A program made the translations under genes and the position numbers. A stretch of DNA of 55,310 nt from a virus (lineage: Duplodnaviria > Caudoviricetes): positions 1 to 55,310 of the IMG/VR virus record IMGVR_UViG_3300023097_000001; one strand, given 5' to 3'. Of the stretch, positions 54,558 through 55,310 are shown in pieces (position 1 is the stretch's first letter; each line of letters begins with the position of its first letter). The notes under the pieces are model-generated. The model was not told the origin of the DNA. It was given only the letters and a program-made list of their open reading frames with translations, and made no database searches.

Positions 54558-54860
54558 CTATCTGGCCTTCCTGAGGCCAGGGTGTTGTTCTCTGGGTCGT
54601 TTCGTCAACCTCTTCCTTCGGAGACGTTCCCTCAAACCCTCGGAAGAGGACTTGATGGAGTGACAAGCAGCGCATACTGCTTGGAGGTTGGAAAGGTCAT
54701 GATCATCCCCTGGGATGATGTGATCTACTTCGGTTGCTCTTTGGGAGCAACCTTGGTATCGGAGTTGACATCTATGACCATCACGAACCAAAGCAGCCCT
54801 TCTCAGGGCTGCCCAGTTGGTTGGAAGATGAGAACTCCTTTGAGAGGAGTTCCAACTCAT
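54558..54860 (-). CDS. HNH endonuclease (cos packaging associated)
   Basis: RD-x3-C, EVDHI and NLQAVC-x2-CH-x2-KS; lies next to terS. Confidence 0.92.
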   Translation of the reverse strand: MSWNSSQRSSHLPTNWAALRRAALVRDGHRCQLRYQGCSQRATEVDHIIPGDDHDLSNLQAVCAACHSIKSSSEGLRERLRRKRLTKRPREQHPGLRKAR

Positions 54861-55310
54861 GGTGGTGTCCTTATCGAGTAGGACCGACGTAGGAGGTTCT
54901 ACTCTTAGGCATTGGTTTCACACAATGTCAGAAGAGGATCACCCCGAAGGTGATCCTTGTAATGGGTTTTGGAACCAGTCTGGGGTAACCCCCATAACCC
55001 AACCATCTTCCCAACGGGACCCTTGAGGTGTCCCTAGAACCACCAAAATTTTAAAAGAACACGTTGTACCCCCCTTACCCCCCAAACAGCAGGTAAAGCC
55101 GGGTTTTTGTCCTTCATAGAGTAAGTGCCCCGTCCCAGGGCGGATCTGTACGTATGTGTGACCACAGTCACACACGTAACTCTGCGTAAAATATATAGTT
55201 CCAGGTGCAACTACCTGCGGTTTTTCCCGCTGACCTGGGGTTTTGGCTTCAGCAACCCGTACCGGACCGGAGGGGCGCTATACGTTCCGATGCCCGCGAG
55301 GCGGGGCGGG

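Noticed and set aside
55290-55310. Terminal direct repeat as a biological DTR
   Set aside because: At exactly 21 bp it looks like assembler k-mer overlap, and the HNH/terS/terL set points to cos packaging.
1-55310. Integrase, ParAB, immunity repressor or stoperator repeats expected from the cluster A resemblance
   Set aside because: No recombinase motifs or recurring 13-mer were recognised by eye; a weak motif could have been missed.

Overview
The window appears to be one complete ~55.3 kb GC-rich actinobacteriophage genome, assembled as a circle (the first 21 bp are repeated at the end). Its gene order and several proteins resemble mycobacteriophage cluster A / Rhodococcus cluster CA siphoviruses, shown here in reverse orientation. 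The + strand (about 0.4-33.2 kb) carries tandem sigma70-type promoters, small early genes separated by long conserved hairpins, tRNA-Arg(CCU), Lsr2, a Cas4/RecB-like nuclease and a SLOG protein. It continues with a Pol-beta-like nucleotidyltransferase plus four paralogous neighbours, two RNA ligases, a polynucleotide kinase/phosphatase, helicase, EndoVII, split primase, exonucleases, a glycosyltransferase, DNA polymerase A and long runs of microproteins. The - strand (about 54.9-33.3 kb) carries HNH, small terminase, amidase endolysin, Cys/His microproteins, about 14 tRNAs, large terminase, portal, protease, scaffold and capsid. A GT4 glycosyltransferase and an Acb2-like anti-CBASS protein sit inside the head module, followed by head-tail, tail and holin genes. 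I found no integrase, repressor or lysin B, so a lytic phage of a probably non-mycolic actinomycete is inferred. The most interesting signals are a type II hammerhead-ribozyme-like fold at 21588-21639, more than 25 tiny Zn-finger or acidic ORFs missed by the ORF track, the NTase plus paralog cassette, covarying intergenic hairpins, V-arm-less tRNA-Tyr and tRNA-Leu, and an anti-Shine-Dalgarno-displaying hairpin. All calls come from reading the sequence by eye; no searches were run.
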